This document shows positions 51,171-62,979 of a stretch of DNA of 64,000 nucleotides, one piece after another. This DNA comes from Eledone cirrhosa (Eukaryota): the NCBI GenBank assembly GCA_964016885.1, contig OZ024756.1:11346001-11410000 (forward strand). Direction: 5' to 3'. The position numbers and the translations under genes are program-made. Below the pieces are notes generated by a model. The model did not search any database, was not told where the DNA came from, and saw nothing but the letters and a program-made list of their open reading frames with translations. The stretch's first letter is position 1. Each line of letters starts with the position of its first letter.

Positions 51171-51260
<90 letters not shown>

Positions 51261-51363
51261 CCTTCTCTCTCCCCTCTCCTCCTCTCTCTTTCCCCCTTCT
51301 CTCTCTCCCCTCTCCTCTCTCCCTCTTTCTCCTCTCTTTCTCTCTCTCCTCCTCCCTCTTTCT

Positions 51364-51403
<40 letters not shown>

Positions 51404-51939
51404 CTGAGAAGGACAGCAACAGCTTGCAGCAGAAAATGTCACCTGCTACACATGAAATTAGAATATCATCTGCCAGATAATTATGTCAACAGCAGCAGTA
51501 TTAGAGAGGGAGAGAGGGGGGAGGGTATGAGAGAGGGGGGGGCACAGAGAGAGAGAGAGAGAGAGAGAATATCATCTGCCAGATAATTATGTCAACAGCA
51601 GCAGTATTAGAGAGGGGGGTAGGGGGGGGGCACACAGAGAGAATATCATCTGCCAGATAATTATGTCAACAGAAACAGTGCAGCAGCAATATTGAGGAGA
51701 GAGAGAAGGAGATAGATATATATAGTGAGAGAGAGAGAGATAGAGAGAGGGGGAGACAGAGAGAGAGTGAGTGAGAGAGAAGTGAGAGAGAGAGAGAGAG
51801 GGAGAGACAGAGAGAGTTGGAGAGAGAGATATAGTCAGAGAGAGAGAGAGGTGGAGAGACATATATACATATAGTGAAAGACAGAGACAGAGAGAGAGAA
51901 GGGAGAATGAGAGAGATATGGTGAGAGACAGAGGGGGGG

Positions 51940-51979
<40 letters not shown>

Positions 51980-52430
51980 CATCTGCCAGATAATTATGTC
52001 AACAGAAACAGTGCAGCAGCAGTATTGAGGAGAGAGAGGAGATATATATAGTGAGAGAGAGAGAGAGAGAGAGATAGATGGAGAGAGGGAGAGACAGAGA
52101 GAGAGTGAGTGAGAGAGAAGGGAGAGAGAGAGAGATGGAGAGACATATATACATATAGTGAGAGACAGAGACAGAGAGAGAGAAGGAGATAGATAGATAT
52201 AGTGAGAGAGAGAGAGAAAGATAGATGGAGAGAGGGAGAGACAGAGAGAGAAGGGAGAGAGAGAGAGGGAGAGACAGAGAGAGATGGAGAGAGAGATATA
52301 GTCAGAGAGAGAGAGAGATGGAGAGACATATATACATATAGTGAAAGACAGAGACAGAGAGAGAGATGTTAGAATGAGAGAGATATGGTGAGAGACAGAG
52401 GGGGGGTGAAAGGAATGATAGAGAGAGAGA
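51130..52430. repeat. CT/GA low-complexity region with four copies of a ~35-bp unique block
   Basis: GAATATCATCTGCCAGATAATTATGTCAACAG at ~51461, 51567, 51641 and 51974, embedded in (GA)n. Confidence 0.9.
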
Positions 52431-52560
52431 AAACAAACTAGCAACATTTGGCCATACCTGTCTTCCTCTTGCAACTGGATCTATTGTGTTGACGTCTTTT
52501 TAACTACAGAAACATTTTATAATTAACCAGCTATCCTCATTAAATCTTTAACGATCTGTA

Positions 52561-53069
52561 CCACATGAAACCACATTAGCAAGACATTCTTGAAAAGTAC
52601 CAAACAACACTTTCGTTATGTCACAATAACAGTTAAAAGACTGTACTTTAATGATGTAAATGTTCACAAAGAATCTGTCCACTAGTAAAGATACTATAAA
52701 CATTTGAATTAACAAACCACATGAAACCACATTAGCAAGACATTCTTGAAAAGTACCAAACAACACTTTCGTTATGTCACAATAACAGTTAAAAGACTGT
52801 ACTTTAATGATGTAAATGTTCACAAAGAATCTGTCCACTAGTAAAGATACTATAAACATTTGAATTAACAAACCACATGAAACCACATTAGCAAGACATT
52901 CTTGAAAAGTACCAAACAACACTTTCGTTATGTCACAATAACAGTTAAAAGACTGTACTTTAATGATGTAAATGTTCACAAAGAATCTGTCCACTATTAA
53001 AGATACTATAAACATTTGAATTAACAAACCACATGAAACCACATTAGCAAGACATTCTTGAAAAGTACC
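52561..53069. repeat. 156-bp tandem repeat, about 3.3 copies
   Basis: CCACATGAAACCACATTAGCAAGAC at 52561, 52717, 52873 and 53029. Confidence 0.97.
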
Positions 53070-53318
53070 GAATGGTACCCAGGAATTGAGTTCTCTTTCC
53101 CTTGGTTCATTGTCTAATCTTCGTTTGAACTGTTTAGTTTGCTTCGTCTTTTTGGCTTCGGTGGCTGATAGCTTCATGACAGCTGTTTTCAGTTTGTTTG
53201 GCCTCTATAACCTATGTTTATGGCTCTGGTCTTCCTTTAGTCTATTGAGCAATTGCCACATATCTCGAAAATTGCGTTTCCCCTTGTTTTTGACCACTGC
53301 CGAGATCAAATCTCGCTG

Positions 53319-53369
<51 letters not shown>

Positions 53370-54152
53370 TATTTTCCATAGTGTTGTAATATAAATATTA
53401 CACACAGTAGATGGACAGCTCACGTAGAGTTTGCTCGACGGTTCCAGTTGTAGTTCCAAAAGTAATCCGGAGAAAAATAGAAGGGTTTTAATGGATACAG
53501 TTTAGTTAAAAGGAATTTATTGACACGTGTTTCTATAACAGTTACATAACCTGAAAACAGCTGCTATCTACAAAGTATTAGTTATGCAGACATTCAATAT
53601 TTCAATGTTATTATCAACTGTCATTTCATCGGAATAATTTCACTGAGGACCTGTTTGGTTTTTATAGAGAATATTAGGAGGGAGGGGTGAAGTTGTTAGA
53701 AGAATAGTTGAGGGAGTGGTTTTTTGATAGCAGTGAGAATTTTTGGTGGCACTGAGTAAATAGATTCCCATCTGTTGTTTTGACATTTTTATAGAATATA
53801 TTATTGGTTATTTTTCTAAATCTATAGAAGGATTAGAGATAGTATAGATATGCGTGGTTGGTTTTGTGTTTGCACTTAATTAACATTCAGACTTAAATTT
53901 TTCTTTCAAGTGTACGTATCCTTTCGCCCACGCATTCACACACAAACATATATGCACACCTCTACAAAATGCATATACTCACATACACATACTTACATGC
54001 TCATACTTACATACATATACACATGCATACATATATATACACACATATATACATGTACATACATACGCGTTCATGTGTATACATTTTCTTACTCAACTTA
54101 TCTTTATATACACACGTATAGACACACACACATATACACACAAACTCCAGTC

Positions 54153-54184
<32 letters not shown>

Positions 54185-54462
54185 AACACTTTAATACATG
54201 AATGCACTTACATCTAACTATACACATCAAACATATATATATATTTACTTATTTATATACATTTTCACATATAAATACATACTTATGGTCGCTTTTAGAC
54301 ACATTCATTATAGCATATTTGCACCTATTCTCATCAGCATATCTTTCCATTATTAGTGTGGTAATTTAAGGTTATTAATATACATATATATGTTGAGAAG
54401 AGATTATTTTTATATTTTTCTAACTAGATTGAGGTTTATATAGTTGGGGGGATGTCCCTCTT

Positions 54463-56234
54463 TTATGTAATATTCAGCTTGTAGTGGGAAAAAAGGGTTT
54501 TAGTTCGGTGACGGCAGAATAATGTTCGTTCAATTCTGTTATTCAGCAATTTCCTCTTGTGTGTGATTATGTAATAGATTTCAAGATTACACAATTTGCA
54601 GAAATTTTGGCTCCTGGAAAAGCTTTGGGTTTTAGCTAATTTCTCCCATTTTAGGGTAAACTTTTGATCGCTATCCCTGAGCGTCCAAGCTTTTTCTGCT
54701 AAAGTTGTTACATTTCTTTGGCTCTGGTGTTTTATTGAGTAAGAATGCCTATATAATCGAGATTTAAACGATGTTGCCGTTGATCCCACGTAATACCACT
54801 CGTTGCCTCCGGATTTAATGGTACACTTATAAATAATATTTTTCTCCAGGCAGTTATTGCCGAGGGGGCAGTTGTCAGGATAGGTGCAGTTACAGTTCTG
54901 TACGTTGGGTTTTCTCTGGAGTAGTATTGCGGACGAACTTAGGTGTGGTTTATTTATGTTCTGTAGTGTATTGTCTACTGTTTTTTTTTGTGTTCTTTGT
55001 ACTTAAGTTTTTAGTGTTTTCGTTTAACCTTCTAGTATTGATCTTTTTTATGTGTTGTTCAAGGTTTAACGCTGTAGAGTATGACAGTCTTATAGTGGTA
55101 GGGTTTAGGATTTTGTGGTATTTGTGTGATGTAGGAAAATGTCTCTTAATTATTTTAAAGAAGAGTACTGGTAAATTTGTACTAATGGAACTATTGTATT
55201 CAGGCTTATACCATAAGTACTCTTTGCATCGCTTTCTATTAGTTTTGATTGTTGGTTTACTGGTGTGTATACTATGGTAGTAAGTGTGGTTTGGTGTTGT
55301 GTTATTATATCTACCTATGTGGGATTTATTTTGTGTGTTTTGATTGTTCTCATCTATATACTCTATTTTGTTGAGGTAGCCTGCTTTACTAAGGGCGTTA
55401 TCGTAGTACTCGGCGTGTTCCTTAAATACTTGTATGTTAGAAGATAGACCCGAGATTCTAAGGGAAATATTTTTAGGGATAGATTTAATTATAGAGATGG
55501 GGTGGTTAGACCCAACATTTACGTACTTGAGATTTTCATTCAATTTATGAAACGGTTTAATCAGACCAGAGTTTAAATTGAGTGTGACATCCAGGAAGTT
55601 AACTACTTTAAGGTTGTATTCATATGTTATAGTTAGTCCTATTTCGAGTAGTAGTTTTCTTATATCTTTGCGTAGTTTTTCTAGTTTTTGGTTATTTAGG
55701 TTTTTAACTAGGAGAACATCGTCGCGGTATATTCCGCCGTGGAGATTGCTGAATTTTTCCTGGAGTCTAAAGGCGATAAATAACCCCACAATATCAGTTA
55801 TTTCCGCCGAATCGTTAGAGCCCATTGTTATGTCAAAGTTAGAGGGTCTATCTTTACGTACCCAATAACTGTTCTCAAATTTGACTATAGTTTTCCTAGC
55901 TTCTAATATAATCTTAATTTCATCGTTTGTAAGGTCGGAGTTATCCTTAGCAAACTTAATGGCTCTATTCAAAGTTTCAGGTGATATCGATGAGTAATAT
56001 TCGTCGATATCAAACTGGATAAACTTAGATTTATTCTTATTGCTAATGCTATTAAACCATCTTATTGCTTCTTGGGTCTTCCCCCAGAGTTTAATGTTAA
56101 CCTTAGCCTTAATTTGGGGATGATTCTATCTAAGATATATTTGCTTATTTTACCTATATCTAATTTAGAGGGGCAGATTAATCTAATTTTAGGGTCATTA
56201 TCAAAGTTTACCTTATGGTCCTTAAGATTGAAGA
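54463..56234 (-). pseudogene. Frameshifted RT + GIY-YIG ORF of a Naiad-like PLE
   Basis: LKDHKVNF..PKIRLICP, FIQFDIDEYYSSI, FDITMGSNDSAE, GIYRDD, CNCTYPDNCPLGNNC, YVGST..FKSR, CKLCNLE, CRH; at least two frameshifts. Confidence 0.88.
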
Positions 56235-56638
56235 AGCCAAAATTTCTGCAAATTGTGTAATCTTGAGATCTATTACATAATCACACACAAGAGGAAATTG
56301 CTGAATAACAGAATTGAACGAACATTATTCTGCCGTCACCGAACTAAAACCCTTTTTTCCCACTACAAGCTGAATATTACATAAAAGAGGGACATCCCCC
56401 CAACTATATAAACCTCAATCTAGTTAGAAAAATATAAAAACAATCTCTTCTCAACATATATATGTATATTAATAACCTTAAATTACCACACTAATAATGG
56501 AAAGATATGCTGATGAGAATAGGTGCAAATATGCTATAATGAATGTGTCTAAAAGCGACCATAAGTATGTATATATATGTGAAAATGTATATAAATAAGT
56601 AAATATATATATATGTAAGTGCATTCATGTATTAAAGT

Positions 56639-56679
<41 letters not shown>

Positions 56680-57195
56680 GACTGGAGTTTGTGTGTATAT
56701 GTGTGTGTGTCTATACGTGTGTATATAAAGATAAGTTGAGTAAGAAAATGTATACACATGAACGCGTATGTATGTACATGTATATATGTGTATATATATA
56801 TGTATGCATGTGTATATGTATGTAAGTATGAGCATGTAAGTATGTGTATGTGAGCATATGCATTTTGTAGAGGTGTGCATATATGTTTGTGTGTGAATGC
56901 GTGGGCGAAAGGATACGTACACTTGAAAGAAAAATTTAAGTCTGAATGTTAATTAAGTGCAAACACAAAACCAACCACGCATATCTATACTATCTCTAAT
57001 CCTTCTATAGATTTAGAAAAATAACCAATAATATATTCTATAAAAATGTCAAAACAACAGATGGGAATCTATTTACTCAGTGCCACCAAAAATTCTCACT
57101 GCTATCAAAAAACCACTCCCTCAACTATTCTTCTAACAACTTCACCCCTCCCTCCTAATATTCTCTATAAAAACCAAACAGGTCCTCAGTGAAAT

Positions 57196-57242
57196 TATTC
57201 CGATGAAATGACAGTTGATAATAACATTGAAATATTGAATGT
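57196..57242 (+). ncRNA. Hammerhead-like motif in the Naiad-like arm (mirror at ~53590-53636, minus strand)
   Basis: ATT-CCGATGA-AATG...CATT-GAAA-TATT-GAAT. Confidence 0.45.
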
Positions 57243-58204
57243 CTGCATAACTAATACTTTGTAGATAGCAGCTGTTTTCAGGTTATGTAACTGTTATAGA
57301 AACACGTGTCAATAAATTCCTTTTAACTAAACTGTATCCATTAAAATCCTTCTATATATATATATATATATATATAGGAGGAGGTTATAGTTCACTTGAA
57401 GCATTGTGTAATGAGGTATAAACGTTAGAATATGTGTAATAAGGCCAAGACAATGCAGATATGGACATAGAAAAAGAATGCAATAGTGAGAGATATTGAT
57501 GAGGATTCGTCTTTCACCTTGAATTTATTTAAATGTCCTTAATTTTCGAGATAATATCTCTTCTTCGGAGGGAAGTAAAAGTCTCAGACCAGCGTCTAAA
57601 TTTCCAATGAAGCCATGCTGACCGGAAATAGTATAGAGTTCTAACTTTAATATCAAAGAATTAAAATTAGGTGGGTAAAGAGTAGTCTCCCTTTAAGAGG
57701 GGTTTGTTTATGTTTTTGTTGTGTTTTTTAAATTTTATATGCGTGCCTGTATATGTGTGTGGGAGAAAGCATGAAGGTGTAGGTATGTGTGTGTGTGAGT
57801 GTGGGAAGATAGGTCTAATCGTAAAAGTGGGGGGTAGGTGTTATCTGGTGTTAGAACTGGTTTTGTGTGTGTATGTGTGAGAGAGAATAAGTGGAGGTGT
57901 GTGCGTGCGTGTGTGTGGGGTGTGTAAAGTGGGGCTAGAGGCCCTATCAGGTTATAAATTGGGTGTTGAGCTCTAGTCTATTATTGATTGGTGGATGTGT
58001 TCTATCTATAATGAGTGCTTCCTTGATTCTAAGATTACCGAGGTTTCTTTCTTTAGTTTCTATCCTAACTGTTATGTTTTTATCAGTGTTTTTGCATTTA
58101 ACTAGGTGTTTCTTAAATGAGGAAGCGTTAGTATTGAGGTGTTCTTTTATTCTTATGTGGAGTGGTCTGGTGGTGCTACCTACGTAGAAGTTGTTGCATT
58201 TGTC

Positions 58205-59640
58205 TGCCCACTTTCTACCACCTCATCAAGACCCACAAGAATAGCACTAAGACGCATATAAGACCCATCGTCTCTAGCATAGAAGGACCCCTATACAAAA
58301 TTTCCTGGCTTCTCTCCCAGGTCCTCAAGCCTCTACTCTCCACCTTCCCCGGACATGTCAGTAGCTCCGACGAAGTTATACGTAGATTACACCAACTCCA
58401 GCCAGAACAACTTAAACTTAATAAATACGCTTTTAGCCTCGACGTTGTCTCCCTCTACACTACAGTCCCCGCTCACCCAGCTGTCGATTTATTGACGGAC
58501 TGCGTGGTCGCAGAGAACATCCACTGCTACGGCCTCCACCCGACGGACATACACCAACTTTTGTCCTTCACAGTAGACAATACGTACTTCACCTTCCACC
58601 ACCACACATACAGACAGACAACAGGATTACCCATGGGATCCAGCCTCTCTGGCCTGCTGGCCATCACTTACATGAACCAGCTAGAATGCCGAGCCCTCAA
58701 CACCTGCCATTCCCATGCCTTCTTCACCCGATATGTAGATGACATACTCATCCTTACATCATCCCGTGAAGAGGCAGAGAAAATATACACAACATTCTCC
58801 AGCATGGACGCCAGTATAAAGTTCAGCATAGAACACCCCGATGACCGCGGATCCCTATCCCTGCTGGACTTCCAACTCAGGGTAACAGAGGAAGGCAACA
58901 TCCACACCTGCTTCTATAAAAAATCCGCCAGCAGGGACCTGTTCGTACATTTCAGATCGGCCCTCCCACTCGGTGCCAAGTTCGGATACATAAAGAACGA
59001 ACTGGCACGTATCAAGAACAAATGCACCGACGCCAGAGACCGAGACACACACACCACACATTTCCTGGAAGTACTCAAACTGAACGGATACACGACATCC
59101 ACCACAAACCGTGCCAGAAAGAACAGAGGACACCACACCCGAGGCACTAACACTTGCTTCCTGAAGCTCCCACACTTCAGTGAAGAAACAACAACAGCCA
59201 TCCGCAGAGCCATCAGACGAGAAGGTCTGGATATTCAACTGGCCCATTCGGGTCCTTCTTTGCGTGGACGGCTAGCTAAGAGACACTCCACCAGACATGA
59301 CAACTGCTGCAGACTAGCCAACTGCCCCATCAACGACACAGACCTATGCCACCAGGCTTACGTAGTTTACAGACTAGAGTGTGACAAATGCAACAACTTC
59401 TACGTAGGTAGCACCACCAGACCACTCCACATAAGAATAAAAGAACACCTCAATACTAACGCTTCCTCATTTAAGAAACACCTAGTTAAATGCAAAAACA
59501 CTGATAAAAACATAACAGTTAGGATAGAAACTAAAGAAAGAAACCTCGGTAATCTTAGAATCAAGGAAGCACTCATTATAGATAGAACACATCCACCAAT
59601 CAATAATAGACTAGAGCTCAACACCCAATTTATAACCTGA
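58205..59640 (+). CDS. Penelope RT + GIY-YIG endonuclease, 5'-truncated but uninterrupted
   Basis: FYHLIKTHK..IRPIVS, LDVVSLYT, GLPMGSSLS, RYVDD, VVYRLECDKC..FYVGST..RIKEH; clearly homologous to the 2236-3456 ORF. Confidence 0.92.
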
Positions 59641-60015
59641 TAGGGCCTCTAGCCCCACTTTACACACCCCACACACACGCACGCACACACCTCCACTTAT
59701 TCTCTCTCACACATACACACACAAAACCAGTTCTAACACCAGATAACACCTACCCCCCACTTTTACGATTAGACCTATCTTCCCACACTCACACACACAC
59801 ATACCTACACCTTCATGCTTTCTCCCACACACATATACAGGCACGCATATAAAATTTAAAAAACACAACAAAAACATAAACAAACCCCTCTTAAAGGGAG
59901 ACTACTCTTTACCCACCTAATTTTAATTCTTTGATATTAAAGTTAGAACTCTATACTATTTCCGGTCAGCATGGCTTCATTGGAAATTTAGACGCTGGTC
60001 TGAGACTTTTACTTC

Positions 60016-60050
60016 CCTCCGAAGAAGAGATATTATCTCGAAAATTAAGG
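60016..60050 (+). ncRNA. Minimal hammerhead motif in Penelope tail (mirror at ~57537-57571)
   Basis: CCT-CCGAAGA-A-GAGAT-ATT-ATCTC-GAAA-ATT-A-AGG. Confidence 0.65.
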
Positions 60051-60163
60051 ACATTTAAATAAATTCAAGGTGAAAGACGAATCCTCATCAATATCTCTCA
60101 CTATTGCATTCTTTTTCTATGTCCATATCTGCATTGTCTTGGCCTTATTACACATATTCTAAC

Positions 60164-60215
<52 letters not shown>

Positions 60216-60316
60216 GTATATATATATATATATAGCAAAGAAGATGTGGTAAGATACCAGGTGGACCATAACACACCAGAGTACTCGATACTTAGGGTAG
60301 TAGAGAGGGTAATAGG

Positions 60317-60557
60317 AAAAGAGTCAGGACCCCGACAGCTGAGCTCCGGCCATTTAAACAGCTAGATCCGAACTAAGCCACCAGTATTAGCCAGGAGCAC
60401 TCAACCCATACCACACTCAAATCTCAGCACTACTACCAAGCTCCTGTTTCTTATTAGAATGTTAACCCACCATGCAGGACTTGGTTAATACTGGTGGCTT
60501 AGTTTGGATCTAGCTGTCGAAATGGCTGGAGATCAGCCGTCAGGGTCCTGACTCTTT
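60317..60557. repeat. Fold-back element with ~80-bp imperfect inverted arms
   Basis: AAAAGAGTCAGGACCC...GCCACCAGTATTAGCCA versus TGGTTAATACTGGTGGC...GGGTCCTGACTCTTTT. Confidence 0.8.
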
Positions 60558-60579
60558 TTATATATATATATATATATAA

Positions 60580-60953
60580 AAATTCTCAGACCGGGTGATG
60601 TGTTGTTTCCTTGAGCAAGACACTTTATTTCACATTGCTCCAGTTTACTCAGCTGTAGAAATGAGATGATAGGGACAGGGGTCCCTATCATTCCACTGCA
60701 AAGTGGTCGTGGAGGTGCCATGGCAAAAAAGCACCCAGCCCACACTGTAAAGTGGACGTGGAGGTACCACAGCTATAAGGCACCGAACCCACACTGTAAA
60801 GTGGACGTGTAGGCGCCATGGCAAAAAAAGCACCCAGCACTCACTGTAAATGAGGTTGGTGTTAGGAAGAGCATCCAGCTGTAGGAATCAAGCCAGAATC
60901 AGTTCCCGTCCCACCCTTGCAAGCAGGGAAAAGCGGACGTAAAATGCTGATGA
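60580..60953 (+). mobile_element. SINE family B, 5'-truncated, with 2-3 internal ~48-bp repeats
   Basis: Reverse complement of 260-550, plus duplicated CCCACACTGTAAAGTGGACGTG units. Confidence 0.85.
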
Positions 60954-60970
60954 TATATATATATATATAT

Positions 60971-61733
60971 AAGAAACAGGGGCTGTGTGGTTGGTGGATA
61001 AAGTGTATTTAAAAATAAGAGGAAAGCACGAACGGAGGATAATTTCCCTCCATCAGTTGCCTGCTGGAGAAAAAATATATAACAGACAACTGATGACGGA
61101 AAATTATCCCCCGTTTGTACTTTCCTCTTATAAATACACTTTACCCAGCAACCACACAGCCCCTGTTTCTTCTAAAAAGATGTTTATCAAGTTTTGCTGT
61201 GACCTTTTCTCTCTTTCTCCCTATCTTTTTTGTTGCTATTAACTCTTCCGCTTTCTTTCTTTCTCTCCCTTTCTCTCACTTTTACTCTCCCTCCCTCTGC
61301 TAGCTACCCCGCTGCTTCTGCTGTTTCTCTCGCCTCTTCCTCTCGCCTGTCTCTTTTTCATCTACTCTTGCGGAGGTCAGACCTGGTTTTTTCACCGTCC
61401 ACACAACCTCAGTCTTAAGTCCAGTAGCTGATGTTGACTTTAACTTTTTATCCCTCTTCAGTTGCTCACACACGTGTGCTTTCGTGTTTCCCTCTTCGGT
61501 ATGTTGTTTTCCGTTTTCTTCCATTTTTTTTTCATTTTTTCTTCTTTTTTCCCTTCTGTCATAAATTTTTTTCTCTCTCTCCTCCTTTTCCCCCCCAATA
61601 ACTTCCTTTAGTTATTGAGGCACTGGAGCTAGACTTATTGTCTTTAATGCGTGGAAATGTCCGTGATCACCAGAAGACAACTGATGAAGGGAAATTATCC
61701 CCGTTCGTGCTTTCCTCTTATTTATAAATATAT
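60971..61733. mobile_element. Repeat with inverted and direct copies of a CAACTGATGA-containing block
   Basis: 60971-61059 is inverted relative to 61087-61171; the block recurs directly at 61676-61730. Confidence 0.6.
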
Positions 61734-61741
61734 ATATATCA

Positions 61742-61958
61742 ATGATATTAATAAATGGAAACTATATTTATAAAACCATATTTATTCTATTATATATATT
61801 TCAAGGGTACCAAAGCTTTGGTACGCTCTCCTCAGATAAAATACAAAGTTTGTTATATAAATATTGACATATCCAGGAACGAGATCTTAACGGTTCACGT
61901 TTTTCCTGGATAGGTACCCTTGAAATATATATAATAGAATAAATATGGTTTTATAAAT
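61742..61958. mobile_element. Miniature fold-back related to the termini of the 45785-48033 PLE
   Basis: AATAAATGGAAACTATATTTATAAAACCATATTTATT shared with 45795; inverted partner at ~61914-61957. Confidence 0.75.
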
Positions 61959-62020
61959 TAAATATCCCTTTGCTTATATATATATAGCTCAACTAGCTAT
62001 ATATATATGTATATATATAT

Positions 62021-62273
62021 CATCATCATCATCATCATTTTACGTCTGCTTATCCCTGCCTACAAGGGTGGGATGGGTCCTCTTCAGCACCTCATCTCTC
62101 CACCCGTCACAGTCCTTCGTCATCTCCTCTGTGAGATTCAGTGATCTGAGGTCAGCTCTCACCACCTCTGCCCATGTCTTCCGTGGTCTTCCTCTACTGT
62201 GTCTTCCTTCCACTGGGATTTCTTGGCATTTCTTCACCCAGCGATCATCATCCATGCGCATCACATGTCCATA
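62021..62273 (-). mobile_element. RTE-type LINE 3' end
   Basis: GHVMRMDDDRWVKK...EGRHSRGRPRKTWAEVVRADL...W followed by a (GAT)n tail. Confidence 0.85.
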
Positions 62274-62821
62274 GCTGTACAGTCTTCTCTCTCTCTATAT
62301 ATATATATACTCATATACAACATCACACACACCGATGGACACACAAACACTAAAACATCAACACGCACACAAAAGCTTCCCTCTACAGATAATACACAGA
62401 CATATACATACACATACATATGCACTCTTATACACAGAAACAATTTTTAAAATAACCTATATACACCTATAGACACACACACAAACTCATTCAACACACA
62501 TGTGATAATACACACACACACACACACACATTCACATGTACACGCACAAAAAAAAACTAATATCTCACAGACATACACACATACACATACCAGTGTACAC
62601 ACTATACTTTATAAGGCTCAGTGCTACCCCCATGGCCACACACACGCACATAGACTCAAGCCACGCACATAGACTCAAGCCACGCACATCTACCAATTTC
62701 TTCCATTTGACACACACACCACACCCATGTCACCCCCATAACCTTCACACTACCCAAGGCTGGATCTTCCCTAACCTTCTCACACTACTCATACATCTAT
62801 TTGTTCTCTCCTTATACAAAC

Positions 62822-62857
62822 TTTCCCGAAGAAGGACTTCTGCCTGAAACGTTGAAA
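62822..62857 (+). ncRNA. Minimal hammerhead motif in an orphan PLE-like tail (~62310-62945)
   Basis: TTTC-CCGAAGA-AGG-ACTTCTG-CCT-GAAA-CGT-T-GAAA; palindromic AACGTT stem III. Confidence 0.65.
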
Positions 62858-62979
62858 CCTCCTCCACTTCCTCCAAGCGTGAACCTAATATAACTGTGTT
62901 ATTTGGCCTCCTGTGTTTTGTTTTGTTTCAATTATTAATTATATGTCTATATATATATATATATATACATATATATATA

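Larger units (their letters stand above)
53367..57355 (-). mobile_element. Naiad-like Penelope element with ~1.1-kb 5' inverted arm
   Basis: 56235-57355 is the reverse complement of ~53477-54612; minus-strand RT-EN between; (TA)n flanks. Confidence 0.9.
57378..60170 (+). mobile_element. Penelope/Poseidon-type element with 788-bp 5' inverted arm
   Basis: 57417-58204 is the reverse complement of 59383-60170; (TA)n flanks. Confidence 0.93.

Noticed and set aside
51461-52030. Repeat-spacer array
   Set aside because: The spacers are related GA microsatellite tracts, consistent with ordinary local duplications
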